From positions 1 through 49,521 of the forward strand of contig JAFTHM010000055.1 in NCBI GenBank assembly GCA_017457425.1: a DNA stretch of 49,521 nt, in the 5' to 3' direction. Made by a program: the position numbers and the translations under genes. This document shows positions 35,999 to 45,320 of this stretch, in pieces. Under the pieces are notes generated by a model, which saw only the letters and a program-made list of their open reading frames with translations, ran no database searches and was not told the DNA's origin. The DNA comes from Alphaproteobacteria bacterium. GTDB lineage: Bacteria > Pseudomonadota > Alphaproteobacteria > CAAHEQ01 > UBA3637. Position 1 is the stretch's first letter. The number at the start of each line of letters is the position of its first letter.

Positions 35999-36613
35999 TT
36001 ATCCTTTCTCTTTTCCTTGCATAAACAAGTTTAATTTTTGGGCGGTCGCAATTAACGGTTCGGCCGCTTTTTGATTTAAAATTCCAATATGCACAACAGC
36101 CGTTTGTCCCATCATACGTCCCAATTCTTCACGGGTAAAATGCGAACAAACCGGTAATTCGGGCACATAGTGATACAGCTTATCTTGTTCTCTTTCCGAC
36201 GCATCAAGGGCTTCAAAAGCAAAAACAGCACTGCCATCCATAACCGCTTTTTTAACGGCTTCAAATCCAAAGACAACAGCCCCACCTTTTCTAGCCAAAC
36301 CCAACAACGACAAAGTACGACGTTTCAACCCTGCCTCTACTTGATCCATCAAATCGGCCGGCGTTTTAACGGGCGTATGAAATGACTTTGAAAACACTCG
36401 TTTTGTAACGGCATACTGCACGGTTTCTCTGGCCGGATGCACCCACATACCCCGACCGGGAAGTTTGCCCGTTTCATCAAAAATCACATCATGATTCGGC
36501 GCATACGCAAAGCGTATCATTTCCTCACGTGGATATGATTCTTTTGTAACGAAACACACTTTAAACCCGTCAGGCGTATGTGTTTTTTGTTTATTGTGCC
36601 TTGCTTTCTTCAA
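35999..36613 (-). CDS. ylxR: YlxR/DUF448-type RNA-binding protein fused to an L7Ae-like domain
   Basis: LPGRGMWVHP motif. Located between nusA and infB. The C-terminal LARKGGAVVFGFEAV resembles L7Ae/L30e. Confidence 0.7.
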   Translation of the reverse strand: MKKARHNKQKTHTPDGFKVCFVTKESYPREEMIRFAYAPNHDVIFDETGKLPGRGMWVHPARETVQYAVTKRVFSKSFHTPVKTPADLMDQVEAGLKRRTLSLLGLARKGGAVVFGFEAVKKAVMDGSAVFAFEALDASEREQDKLYHYVPELPVCSHFTREELGRMMGQTAVVHIGILNQKAAEPLIATAQKLNLFMQGKEKG

Positions 36614-38105
36614 ACCAATGTTCCCTTGCTTTCATGATAATGGCGTTGGCATCATCTTCGCTCATATCTTTACCCACGATTTCAACCAATTCATCGCCGG
36701 CTAAATCCGCCAAATCATCCAATGTTTTAACACCATTTTCGCCCAATTTTACCAACATGGCATCCGTTAAACCTTCAACGGCTTTCAAATCATCAGCCAA
36801 GTTCAATTCAGATAATTTTTGGTTAATTGTTTCGGCTTCGGCCACTAAGTAAGCTTTGGCACGGTTTTGCAATTCTGTAGCCAGTTCTTCATCAAATCCT
36901 TCAATACCGATGAGTTCATCCAAAGCGATATAAGCAATGTCTTCCACCTTAGCAAATCCTTCTTGGATTAAGATATGAGCCATCATATCATCCACATCCA
37001 AAGCACGCATGAATAATTCTACACGGTCTTTTGTTTCTTGGATACGGTGTTCGGATTCTTGGGCTTCGTTCATCATGTCAATGTGCCAGCCGGTGAGTTG
37101 AGAAACCAACTTAATATTTTGACCACGACGACCGATAGCGAGTGATAATTGTTCTTCGCTTAAAACAACTTCTACATTACCGGCTTCTTCATCAATCACG
37201 ATTTTCAATACTTCGTTCGGAGCCAAAGCATTCACGATAAATGTAGCCGGATCGGAAGACCAGTTAACCACATCCACTTTTTCACCTTGCAATTCGGAAA
37301 CAATTGCTTGAACACGAATACCACGAAGCCCGATACAAGCCCCACGCGCATCAACCGTATTGTCTTTACTCCAAACGGCGATTTTGGCACGAGAACCCGG
37401 ATCACGGGCAACGGCTTTAATTTCAATCAAGCCATCATAGATTTCCGGCACTTCGGCTTCAAACAATTTGGCCATAAATTGCGGATGAGAACGACTGAGG
37501 AATACTTGAGGCCCCTTAATTTCACTACGTACATCCAAAATCAACGCACGGATACGATCACCCACACGGTATGTTTCTCTCGGAATTAATTCATCCCGAC
37601 GCAGTAATGCTTCAACACGGCCGGCGAGTTCAACAATCAAATTACCGCCTTCAACACGTTTAATGGTACCGTTGATGATTTCACCTTTTTTATCTTTCAT
37701 ATCGTTATATTGTTGCAACCGTTCGGCTTCACGTACTTTTTGTGTAATCACTTGTTTGGCAGTCCCTGCGGCAATACGACCGAAATCCATCGGCGGCAAC
37801 ATATCCACAATCACATCACCCAAGCCCAAATTTTTATCACGTTTTTGAGCGTCAGCCAAAGTGATTTGCGTAAATTCATCTTCTACTTCTTCCACAACCG
37901 TAATATAACGAGCCATGGTAATAGCACCCGTTTTCGGATCAATTTTAGTACGGATATCGTATTCCGGACCGTATTTAGAACGACCGGCCTTAGAAATACC
38001 TTGTTCCATAGCCTCTAAAACGGCAGATTTTTCAATCCCTTTATCTCTAGCCAACATTTCGGCCATTTGCACGAGTTCAGGTCTTGGGAGTGTAGCAACT
38101 TGCAT
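36591..38105 (-). CDS. nusA: Transcription termination/antitermination factor NusA
   Basis: N-terminal domain, S1, two KH domains and C-terminal acidic repeats; 504 aa. Confidence 0.95.
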   Translation of the reverse strand: MQVATLPRPELVQMAEMLARDKGIEKSAVLEAMEQGISKAGRSKYGPEYDIRTKIDPKTGAITMARYITVVEEVEDEFTQITLADAQKRDKNLGLGDVIVDMLPPMDFGRIAAGTAKQVITQKVREAERLQQYNDMKDKKGEIINGTIKRVEGGNLIVELAGRVEALLRRDELIPRETYRVGDRIRALILDVRSEIKGPQVFLSRSHPQFMAKLFEAEVPEIYDGLIEIKAVARDPGSRAKIAVWSKDNTVDARGACIGLRGIRVQAIVSELQGEKVDVVNWSSDPATFIVNALAPNEVLKIVIDEEAGNVEVVLSEEQLSLAIGRRGQNIKLVSQLTGWHIDMMNEAQESEHRIQETKDRVELFMRALDVDDMMAHILIQEGFAKVEDIAYIALDELIGIEGFDEELATELQNRAKAYLVAEAETINQKLSELNLADDLKAVEGLTDAMLVKLGENGVKTLDDLADLAGDELVEIVGKDMSEDDANAIIMKAREHWFEESKAQ

Positions 38106-38119
38106 TTTATTTCCTTTCT

Positions 38120-38611
38120 TTAGTGTTTTTTCGGTTGTTTATTTAAAATATCGTCTGTCAAGATGAGTTTTGCTTTATGAATGTTATCAAACATCAATTC
38201 CGTTTCAACACCATCCACATACAAAACAACACCTGTTTTAGAATCATTCAGCTTTAACAAGCGTCCTTTAAAACGCTTTCTGCCATTTAAATCAGCATGC
38301 GTTTCAATTTTAGCTTCCTTACCCATAAAGCGTTCATAATCGGCAGGCTTTAATAACGGGCGGTCAATTCCAGGTGATGAAACTTCCAACGTCCAACGAC
38401 CGGAAAACGGATCCATTACATCCATCAAAGCCGACACCGTCCGAGAAATTTGTGTACAATCATTTAAGGTCATTTCCTTGCGATCAATGCGTTCGGCCAT
38501 CACCTGAATGGTTTTAATGTCGCCGCCTTGTAAACTGACACGGACAATTTCATATCCCATATCCGTTAAAGACGGTGTAATTTCTTGTTCAATTTTTTGC
38601 TCTATTTCCAT
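38120..38611 (-). CDS. rimP: Ribosome maturation factor RimP
   Basis: LEVSSPGIDRPL motif. Lies upstream of nusA. The ATG at 38611 has an AAGGA SD (the track start is a TTG at 38632). Confidence 0.85.
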   Translation of the reverse strand: MEIEQKIEQEITPSLTDMGYEIVRVSLQGGDIKTIQVMAERIDRKEMTLNDCTQISRTVSALMDVMDPFSGRWTLEVSSPGIDRPLLKPADYERFMGKEAKIETHADLNGRKRFKGRLLKLNDSKTGVVLYVDGVETELMFDNIHKAKLILTDDILNKQPKKH

Positions 38612-38811
38612 TGGTTTTTCCTTAAAATTCAACCTGTTATTTGTTATTTAACCCCCGACGCTTTATGAAAAAAGAGCGGAGTTTTTAACCCCACCCTCTT
38701 AGGAAAGCTACGAGAATATATCTTTTATATACACTACTTTTTTCCAAAAATCAAGCACTTTTTTAAAAAATAACGTTTTTTTTCAGGCTGATTATAAAAA
38801 AATAACCTCAA

Positions 38812-39228
38812 CTACTTTATTTTACACAACGCTCGTATTTCCCACGCACTACCAACTGAGGTTTGACATGACCGAAGGGACCCCGATCCCGAAACAGAAT
38901 AAGATCCGGTTGTACACCCCCAAGGTGCCATTACCGCCCAATTTGGATGTCCCATCGCCAAATTCGGACAAGAATTTGCGGTACACTTTAACTTATCGCA
39001 CCCACAATCATCATTGATATTTTCAATTAATTTCAACCCCATACCATCACACCAAGAGGCCGCATTAAACCAAGTCATAGCACTATTACTTAAACAATAC
39101 TCGCCACGAATAACGCCTTTCACAATGGTACCTGCCCCATTTGCACACGTTTCAGTTGTGGCTTCTTCAGCCATGGCAACGAAAGAAAACAATAAAACAC
39201 CGCCCGTTATCATTAAAATTTTATTCAT
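38812..39228 (-). CDS. Small secreted Cys-rich protein with a C-type-lectin-like / DUF1566-like signature
   Basis: Signal-like MNKILMITGGVLLFSFVAMA. YCLSNSAMTWFNAASWCDGMGLKLIE resembles the CTLD core (W-x-x-A-x-x-x-C-x-x-x-G-x-x-L). Ten Cys; ends ...WEIRALCKIK. GGAGG SD. Confidence 0.55.
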   Translation of the reverse strand: MNKILMITGGVLLFSFVAMAEEATTETCANGAGTIVKGVIRGEYCLSNSAMTWFNAASWCDGMGLKLIENINDDCGCDKLKCTANSCPNLAMGHPNWAVMAPWGCTTGSYSVSGSGSLRSCQTSVGSAWEIRALCKIK

Positions 39229-39252
39229 ATATCAACCTCCATTTTTGTTAAA

Positions 39253-39277
39253 ACAAAAAACCACTTAAAAAGTGGTT
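39253..39277 (-). terminator. Intrinsic terminator / attenuator 25 nt upstream of the lectin-like gene
   Basis: Minus strand reads AACCACTT-TTT-AAGTGGTT followed by T6. Its 5' arm overlaps a CTTCCAACC segment that can instead pair with an upstream GGTTGGAAG. Confidence 0.55.
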
Positions 39278-39433
39278 GGAAGTTCGAAACTACTTAAGTC
39301 AAATAGTATGATATATTGGCGCATTCGCTTATTCTATCATCTTCCAACCGCTGTTGGAAGTTATTTTCTCTTGCTACGCAAGATAGACTTAAAGAGGTTT
39401 CGACACCTCGGGGCAAAAAATTGCCTTGAGTTT

Positions 39434-39462
39434 TTTATATCACATAAAAAAATGCTTGTAAA
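39434..39462 (-). promoter_or_regulatory. Candidate sigma-70 promoter of the lectin-gene leader
   Basis: Minus strand reads TTTACA-17 nt-TATAAA, directly after the rsmB stop. Confidence 0.45.
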
Positions 39463-39465
39463 CTG

Positions 39466-40563
39466 TTATTTTCGTTTTAGCACCGCAACATATAATCCAT
39501 CTGTGCCGGTTCTAAAGGGCGAGCATTGTTTTTCTCGCACAAATTCAAAATCATTGTGGCGGGATAAAAAAGCATCAACTCGCCCCCGATTTTCTGGTTT
39601 CAGTACCGAACAAGTCATATAACTTAAGTACCCACCCACACGGACAAACCTACAAGCCTTATCCAAAATATCGGCTTGTTTTTGGCAAATATCTTGTACC
39701 TGCATTTCGGTCAATTTCAATCTGGCATCCGGACATCTGCGCCACGTTCCCGTTCCCGAACAAGGCGCATCCACCACCACATGGTCAAATCCATCGGGAT
39801 AATCCGTTGTGCCAATTGGTGTTTGTGTTCGGATGATTTTAATACTCGCTCGTTTAGCTCGTTTTTCAAGCTCGTTTAAAGACCGTACCGATACATCATG
39901 CGCCACAATTTGTCCTTGCCCATTCATCATCTGGGCAAAAATCAGTGATTTACCACCGGCGCCAGCACAATAATCTAATACCGTATCTCCCGCTTTTATC
40001 CCTGTTTCCAATGCCACCAGTTGAGAGCCCTCATCTTGCACCTCTACCAAACCGTTTTTGTAGGCCTGACACGCATTTAAATTGACTCGTTTTTTTAACA
40101 CCAATCCATAAGGCGACATTTTTGTGGGTTCTGTTTCAATTCCTTCATTCAAAAGCAGTTTTGCGATTTTTTCTCTATTCCCATTGGCGCGCAAAATCGT
40201 ATCCGGTGTTTGCAACAGTGCCGGCAATTCCTGAGCGGGATTTTCCACGTGATTTATCATCCAATCGGGTACCTCAAAACAAATGGCATCACTCGCCCCA
40301 GCCGGTCTATAATCGGATGTGTATTTACCCGTTAAAACAGCCTCAATTTTATCATCAAGTGTCCCATTCGGTAAATCATAGACTAAGCGCCGATACGCCC
40401 GCAAAACACCCCACACCATATCCGTCAAAGCCCGTCTGTCCTTTGACCCGATATATCGGCGTGCTCTGGTATAGGCATTAACCACTTCACTGGCCGGTTG
40501 CGTGGTGTTTAAAATTTGCTCCAAAACTTCACGGGCGGCAATTTTAATCTGCTGTAGTTGCAT
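39466..40563 (-). CDS. rsmB: 16S rRNA (cytosine-C5)-methyltransferase, RsmB/Sun family
   Basis: SAM motif DYCAGAGGKS and catalytic DAPCSGTGTWRRCPD and YMTCS motifs. Confidence 0.8.
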   Translation of the reverse strand: MQLQQIKIAAREVLEQILNTTQPASEVVNAYTRARRYIGSKDRRALTDMVWGVLRAYRRLVYDLPNGTLDDKIEAVLTGKYTSDYRPAGASDAICFEVPDWMINHVENPAQELPALLQTPDTILRANGNREKIAKLLLNEGIETEPTKMSPYGLVLKKRVNLNACQAYKNGLVEVQDEGSQLVALETGIKAGDTVLDYCAGAGGKSLIFAQMMNGQGQIVAHDVSVRSLNELEKRAKRASIKIIRTQTPIGTTDYPDGFDHVVVDAPCSGTGTWRRCPDARLKLTEMQVQDICQKQADILDKACRFVRVGGYLSYMTCSVLKPENRGRVDAFLSRHNDFEFVREKQCSPFRTGTDGLYVAVLKRK

Positions 40564-40825
40564 GGCGAATTTTTTCCAATATATTTTGAATCCGGGCGTT
40601 AACTTTTTCCTGCCCTACTTCTGAGGCAAATTTAACGGCTAACAATAAATACAAATCAATACATTCTTTTTCAAAAGCCTGACGGTATTCATTATCCGAT
40701 TTCGGAATATCATGCATTTTCATATAGGTGTCCTTGACCTTTAACTCATCAATATGATCCGTAATCATAATTTCCAACGCATGTTTATCACGCCATGCAT
40801 TTTTTAGTGCCTCAAAATCTTGCAT
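40544..40825 (-). CDS. Small protein of unknown function, 93 aa
   Basis: ORF translationally coupled to rlmE (TAATG) that overlaps the rsmB start by 20 nt. No recognisable motif. Confidence 0.45.
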   Translation of the reverse strand: MQDFEALKNAWRDKHALEIMITDHIDELKVKDTYMKMHDIPKSDNEYRQAFEKECIDLYLLLAVKFASEVGQEKVNARIQNILEKIRHATTAD

Positions 40826-41505
40826 TATTTGCCCCCTTTAAAGCCGGTTGCTACCACATAAACTTCGGAAGAATCTTTCCGACTGGCATCGGGTTTGGCG
40901 TGTTTAACAACGGCAAAATCACGTTTCATTTCGGCTAAAAATTCATTTTCGGTTCCGCCTTGGAAAATTTTGGCAATAAACACACCGCCAGGATTCAATA
41001 CCTTAATGGCAAAATCATACGCCATTTCTAATAATCCCATAATACGTAAGTGGTCAAGGCTATGCACACCCGTTGTATTGGCTGCCATATCACTCATCAC
41101 AATATCGGCCCGATGTCCGCCCAATAATTCGTCTAATTTAGCCGGCGCTTCATCCGATGTAAAATCCATTTGGACTAAATTTGCCCCCGCAATCGGATCG
41201 GCCGGTAACAAATCCATACCAACCACCAATGGATTTTCTGGCGTTGATTTAACTCGGCTGACGGCAACTTGACTCCACCCGCCCGGGGCACATCCTAAAT
41301 CAACGACTCTTTTTCCCGGTTTAAAAAAGTGGAATTGATCATCTAATTGCATAATCTTAAAAGCCGCCCGTCCACGATACCCCAAACGCTGAGCTTCCGA
41401 TACATACGGGTCGTTAATTTGACGTTGCAACCAACGCACGGAGGAGGCACGTCGGCCCTTTACTTTTTTAAGTTTTGATTTTAATGGTCTGGCATTAAAT
41501 TTCAT
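40825..41505 (-). CDS. rlmE: 23S rRNA (uridine2552-2'-O)-methyltransferase RlmE/FtsJ
   Basis: YRGRAAFKI, VVDLGCAPGGWSQV and DIVMSDMA motifs. Confidence 0.9.
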   Translation of the reverse strand: MKFNARPLKSKLKKVKGRRASSVRWLQRQINDPYVSEAQRLGYRGRAAFKIMQLDDQFHFFKPGKRVVDLGCAPGGWSQVAVSRVKSTPENPLVVGMDLLPADPIAGANLVQMDFTSDEAPAKLDELLGGHRADIVMSDMAANTTGVHSLDHLRIMGLLEMAYDFAIKVLNPGGVFIAKIFQGGTENEFLAEMKRDFAVVKHAKPDASRKDSSEVYVVATGFKGGK

Positions 41506-42392
41506 TATAAATCCTTATATTCATTTTTATCAAAACGCCGATGTATCCACATCCATTGTTCCGGCGTTTCAGTTATCCAACGTTCCAAAACTTTATTCAT
41601 ATTCGCCACCGTTTCATAAACCGCCAACTCCATATTGTCCGACTGCGACAACGGCAACGTTTCTACCGTCATTTTAAAACGACCGTCCGGCAATCGTCTG
41701 GCACAGCCCATCACAATCGGCAATCGCATTTTTAACGCAATAGACACCATCGCCGACGGTGTCATCGCCATTTTACCAAAAAACGGCACGGCAATTCCTT
41801 CGCGTAATCGTTGATCACACAAAATGGCAATATGTTCCCCATTTTTCAGCAAATCCAACATAATTCTGGCACCGCCACTGCCTTTAGGGATATGAACACC
41901 AGCTCGTTTTTTAAACATTAACTTTTCAAGCCATGGATTATTGGCCGGCCGGTAAACCGGATGCAATTGAAAATAATGTTGGGCCACATAAGTTGATGCA
42001 AACTCCCAATTTCCGAAATGAGCCGAACACACAAAACCGCCGACATCATCATCTCGTAAAGATTTTAAGTATTCTTTACCTTCCACATCTGCATCGCTAA
42101 TCCATTCTTTTGTATGGGGCATTTCGGCAAAAAATTTTGCAAAATGAATCCACATTTTTTTGATAATTTCTTTTTTTTCGGCATCTGTTTTATTTGGAAA
42201 AGCAATACTTAAATTACGATACGCGATTTTATTCCGTCGCGTCATCCACGGCGCAATAACACCCCCTAAAAAACCGGCGGTTTTTGTTGCCCATTTTAAC
42301 GGCAATATTTTAAAAAATATCCAAAAAATTCCAACAAACACCCCAACAATCGGATCAATTAAAAAACGATGCAGCGCATCTCTTTTTTTCAT
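41505..42392 (-). CDS. lpxL: Lipid A biosynthesis late acyltransferase (LpxL/HtrB family)
   Basis: N-terminal TM segment, HFGNWE catalytic motif; adjacent to lpxK and waaA. Confidence 0.8.
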   Translation of the reverse strand: MKKRDALHRFLIDPIVGVFVGIFWIFFKILPLKWATKTAGFLGGVIAPWMTRRNKIAYRNLSIAFPNKTDAEKKEIIKKMWIHFAKFFAEMPHTKEWISDADVEGKEYLKSLRDDDVGGFVCSAHFGNWEFASTYVAQHYFQLHPVYRPANNPWLEKLMFKKRAGVHIPKGSGGARIMLDLLKNGEHIAILCDQRLREGIAVPFFGKMAMTPSAMVSIALKMRLPIVMGCARRLPDGRFKMTVETLPLSQSDNMELAVYETVANMNKVLERWITETPEQWMWIHRRFDKNEYKDL

Positions 42393-43357
42393 TTTAACAC
42401 CTCTTTTAATACCGTATGAACCTCATTTAAGTCATCAAATATAAAGTCTCCGGACAACACAAGTATGTTATTTGCCAGCTCGCCGGTTAATTTTACGGCA
42501 TCTTTTGTTGTGGTAATCAATGGGACAGGACCGGCTTTTTGCTTCATTTCTTCAATATCAAACCGTGTATAAAAATAATGGTCCGGAAAAACTTGAGTGC
42601 CGACGATTTCAACACCGGCCTCACTTAACGTATTAAAAAATTTATTCGGATTACCAAGACCAGCAAAAGCAAATACCTTTTGCCCTTGCAAATCATTTAA
42701 CATCCTTGTATCCGGCACAAAACGTCCGGTTAAAATCGGCAAATCAATTTTGTGGCGTTGTAAATAAAAACGTACACCCCATGTATCCTCGCCAACAATA
42801 ATAATGCCATCAGCTCGTTTTAATCCCTTGGGAGCCGGTTCTCGCAAAGGACCCGCCGGTAAAACACATTCGTTACCAAATCCTTTGCGACCATCTACAA
42901 CGACAAAAGACAATGTTTTAATCAAACTGGGATTTTGAAATCCATCATCCATAATAATCCCTTTAGCCCCACACTTAACCGCCAATTGAGCCCCACGTGC
43001 TCGGTGATTATCCACAACCGTCGGGGCGACTGAGGCCAATAGCATCGCCTCATCCCCCACATCAAACGGCGTATGCGTATTTGTATCAACCAAAACATTT
43101 TTAATTTTTGATTTATATCCATGATTCAAAAAGAAAAACCCCTGTTCTTTTAAAATCTTCATTAACGCCAAACACACCGGTGTTTTACCGGTTCCGCCCA
43201 CAGAAATGTTGCCGACACAAATAACCGGTACAGGGGCTTGATAAGGTTTTGTTCGTTTAAAACGTCGGGCAACCGTCCACGCATAAATTGCCCCGAACGG
43301 CATTAAAACCTTTGATAAAACAGATGTTTTTTTATCCCAAAAAGCTGGTGTTTTCAT
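42389..43357 (-). CDS. lpxK: Tetraacyldisaccharide 4'-kinase
   Basis: P-loop VGNISVGGTGKTP. Typical length. Confidence 0.9.
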   Translation of the reverse strand: MKTPAFWDKKTSVLSKVLMPFGAIYAWTVARRFKRTKPYQAPVPVICVGNISVGGTGKTPVCLALMKILKEQGFFFLNHGYKSKIKNVLVDTNTHTPFDVGDEAMLLASVAPTVVDNHRARGAQLAVKCGAKGIIMDDGFQNPSLIKTLSFVVVDGRKGFGNECVLPAGPLREPAPKGLKRADGIIIVGEDTWGVRFYLQRHKIDLPILTGRFVPDTRMLNDLQGQKVFAFAGLGNPNKFFNTLSEAGVEIVGTQVFPDHYFYTRFDIEEMKQKAGPVPLITTTKDAVKLTGELANNILVLSGDFIFDDLNEVHTVLKEVLK

Positions 43358-44622
43358 TACAGATCCACCCTTTCATGCAACAAAGCATAAACACGATCCA
43401 ACACTGCCATTTGTGATGTAGCAAAGGCCTGAGCCCGTTTCATCACAGGTTCCATTTCCTCCGGATGCGTTAAATAACGAACGGCATTTCCCAAGACCTC
43501 TGACGGCATTTGCACCCGAATCAAAGCCCCCTCACTACTGGCTTGATTCACAATTTCACGGAAATTAAAGGTATACGGTCCCACCATAACCAACCGCCCC
43601 AATCGCATAGGTTCTAACATATTTTGTCCACCAAACGGCACCAAAGACCCACCAACGAAAACAATAGGTGCCAAACGGTATAACAGCCCCATTTCTCCGA
43701 TTGTATCCGCCAAATAAACATCAGTATTTAACGTAATGTTCTCACCACGAGACCGACGGGCAACCTGTAATCCGGCCGCAATAAATAACGCCTCTATCTC
43801 ATCACCCCGCTCAGGATGCCGTGGCACAACAACGGATAAAAAGCTGGGAAAAGTCCGTTTAACATTCGTATGAAAGTTTAAAATCATTTCTTCTTCACCC
43901 GCATGGGTACTGGCTGCAATACACCGAGGGCGCGGTCCGATTTGACCCAAAATCTCATTTAGTTCTACGGCATCATACGGCGGATTAACGGCAGAAAATT
44001 TTAAATTACCAACACAAACAACCTGCTTAGCCCCCAAAATTTCCAACCGATTAGCATCTTCATTTGTTTGACCGAAACAAAGCGTAAACAAACGCAACAA
44101 CGGTGTAATAAAAAATTTAGCCTTACGCCATCTGTCAAAAGACCGATCGGAAATACGACCGTTTAACAACACCAACGGCTTTTTATTTTTGGCTATAGAT
44201 TTTAAGATATTGGGCCAAAAATCAGATTCAAACCACAACACCAAATCAGCATTCCAATGTTTTACGAAACGCCGAGTCGCCCACGGAAAATCAATGGGTA
44301 TATATTGATGAAAGGCCCGATCCGGCAATCTTTTTGCCATTAACGCTGCCGACGTTTTTGTTCCGGATGTTATCATCACATGAACCTTTGAATCACGATT
44401 CAAAATTTCATTAATTAACGGCATCATAGACAAACATTCACCGACACTGGCACCATGCAACCAAATCAAACGCCCCTCTGGTCGTTTTTTCTTTGGCCAC
44501 CCCAAACGTTCATTAAGTCTTGAAATATCTTCTTTTTGACGAACAATGCGTACCAATATCCACACCAAAATTATCGGCGATAATACAATGGTTGCAAGGG
44601 TATACAAAAATAATGGTACCAT
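43357..44622 (-). CDS. waaA: 3-deoxy-D-manno-octulosonic acid (Kdo) transferase
   Basis: N-terminal anchor and WLHGASVGE motif; GT30-like throughout. Confidence 0.9.
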   Translation of the reverse strand: MVPLFLYTLATIVLSPIILVWILVRIVRQKEDISRLNERLGWPKKKRPEGRLIWLHGASVGECLSMMPLINEILNRDSKVHVMITSGTKTSAALMAKRLPDRAFHQYIPIDFPWATRRFVKHWNADLVLWFESDFWPNILKSIAKNKKPLVLLNGRISDRSFDRWRKAKFFITPLLRLFTLCFGQTNEDANRLEILGAKQVVCVGNLKFSAVNPPYDAVELNEILGQIGPRPRCIAASTHAGEEEMILNFHTNVKRTFPSFLSVVVPRHPERGDEIEALFIAAGLQVARRSRGENITLNTDVYLADTIGEMGLLYRLAPIVFVGGSLVPFGGQNMLEPMRLGRLVMVGPYTFNFREIVNQASSEGALIRVQMPSEVLGNAVRYLTHPEEMEPVMKRAQAFATSQMAVLDRVYALLHERVDL

Positions 44623-44688
44623 TTTTTTCCTTTTGTGCTAATATATTTATTGTTTTATATTAACTGAGTTTTAAAAAAAAGGCAAGTA

Positions 44689-45276
44689 ATGATTGGTATT
44701 ATTGCAAAAAATAACTTAACTAGACAAGCTTTATGCGATATTTTAGCCGATTTCAATCCTACTGTTTATGAATCCGGAGAAACACCAGCAGATTTAATTG
44801 TGTTGTATCAAACAGCCGATTTTGCCGACGGTTTTTTTAAACAGCCTGTTCCTTGTCCCGTTTTATTAGTGGGAGCTTCTCATGAGGAGGCGGATTTTTG
44901 CCTGCCGATTCCCTGCCGATTAAGCCTTTTAAAACAAACAATACTCAAAGCTTTAGAGGCATCAAAGAATGCCATCACATTTGAAAACCCTATTTTTCAG
45001 TTTAATGCCAAAAATCGTCGCCTCTATAATAAACAAACCGAAGCAGAAATTTATTTAACAGAAAAAGAAAACGCTCTTGTGGCTTATTTGGCTAAAAAAA
45101 TAGGCACACCTTGCCATAAAGAAGAATTGTTAACACAAGTGTGGAAATACAATCCCGACACTGAAACACATACGGTTGAAAGCCACATTTACGCCTTAAA
45201 ACAAAAAATTGGTCTGGACGCAAACTATTTCATCGGTTCGGGCGACGATGGGTATTTTTTAATGACACAAGATTAA
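44689..45276 (+). CDS. OmpR/PhoB-type winged-helix DNA-binding protein with a degenerate (pseudo-)receiver domain
   Basis: The C-terminus LTEKENALVAYLAKKIGTPCHKEELLTQVW...TVESHIYALKQKIG is a trans_reg_C-type wHTH. In the N-terminal domain the acidic pocket reads IIAKNN (usually DD/DE) and the phospho-acceptor position reads LIVLY (usually D). Confidence 0.65.
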   Translation: MIGIIAKNNLTRQALCDILADFNPTVYESGETPADLIVLYQTADFADGFFKQPVPCPVLLVGASHEEADFCLPIPCRLSLLKQTILKALEASKNAITFENPIFQFNAKNRRLYNKQTEAEIYLTEKENALVAYLAKKIGTPCHKEELLTQVWKYNPDTETHTVESHIYALKQKIGLDANYFIGSGDDGYFLMTQD

Positions 45277-45282
45277 ATAAAA

Positions 45283-45301
45283 CCCCTCTTAAAAAGAGGG
45301 G
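45283..45301. terminator. Bidirectional hairpin terminator between convergent genes
   Basis: CCCCTCTT-AAA-AAGAGGGG flanked by A/T-rich runs. Confidence 0.55.
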
Positions 45302-45320
45302 CAAAATAAGATTAATTAAT

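Noticed and set aside
39394-39416. A tRNA-like T-arm (GAGGT-TTCGAC-ACCTC) in the rsmB/lectin intergenic region, and GTTCGAA at 39282.
   Set aside because: The loop is 6 nt rather than 7. No matching acceptor 5' strand exists, and there is no anticodon arm with a 7-nt loop or D-arm at the right distances. Not a tRNA.
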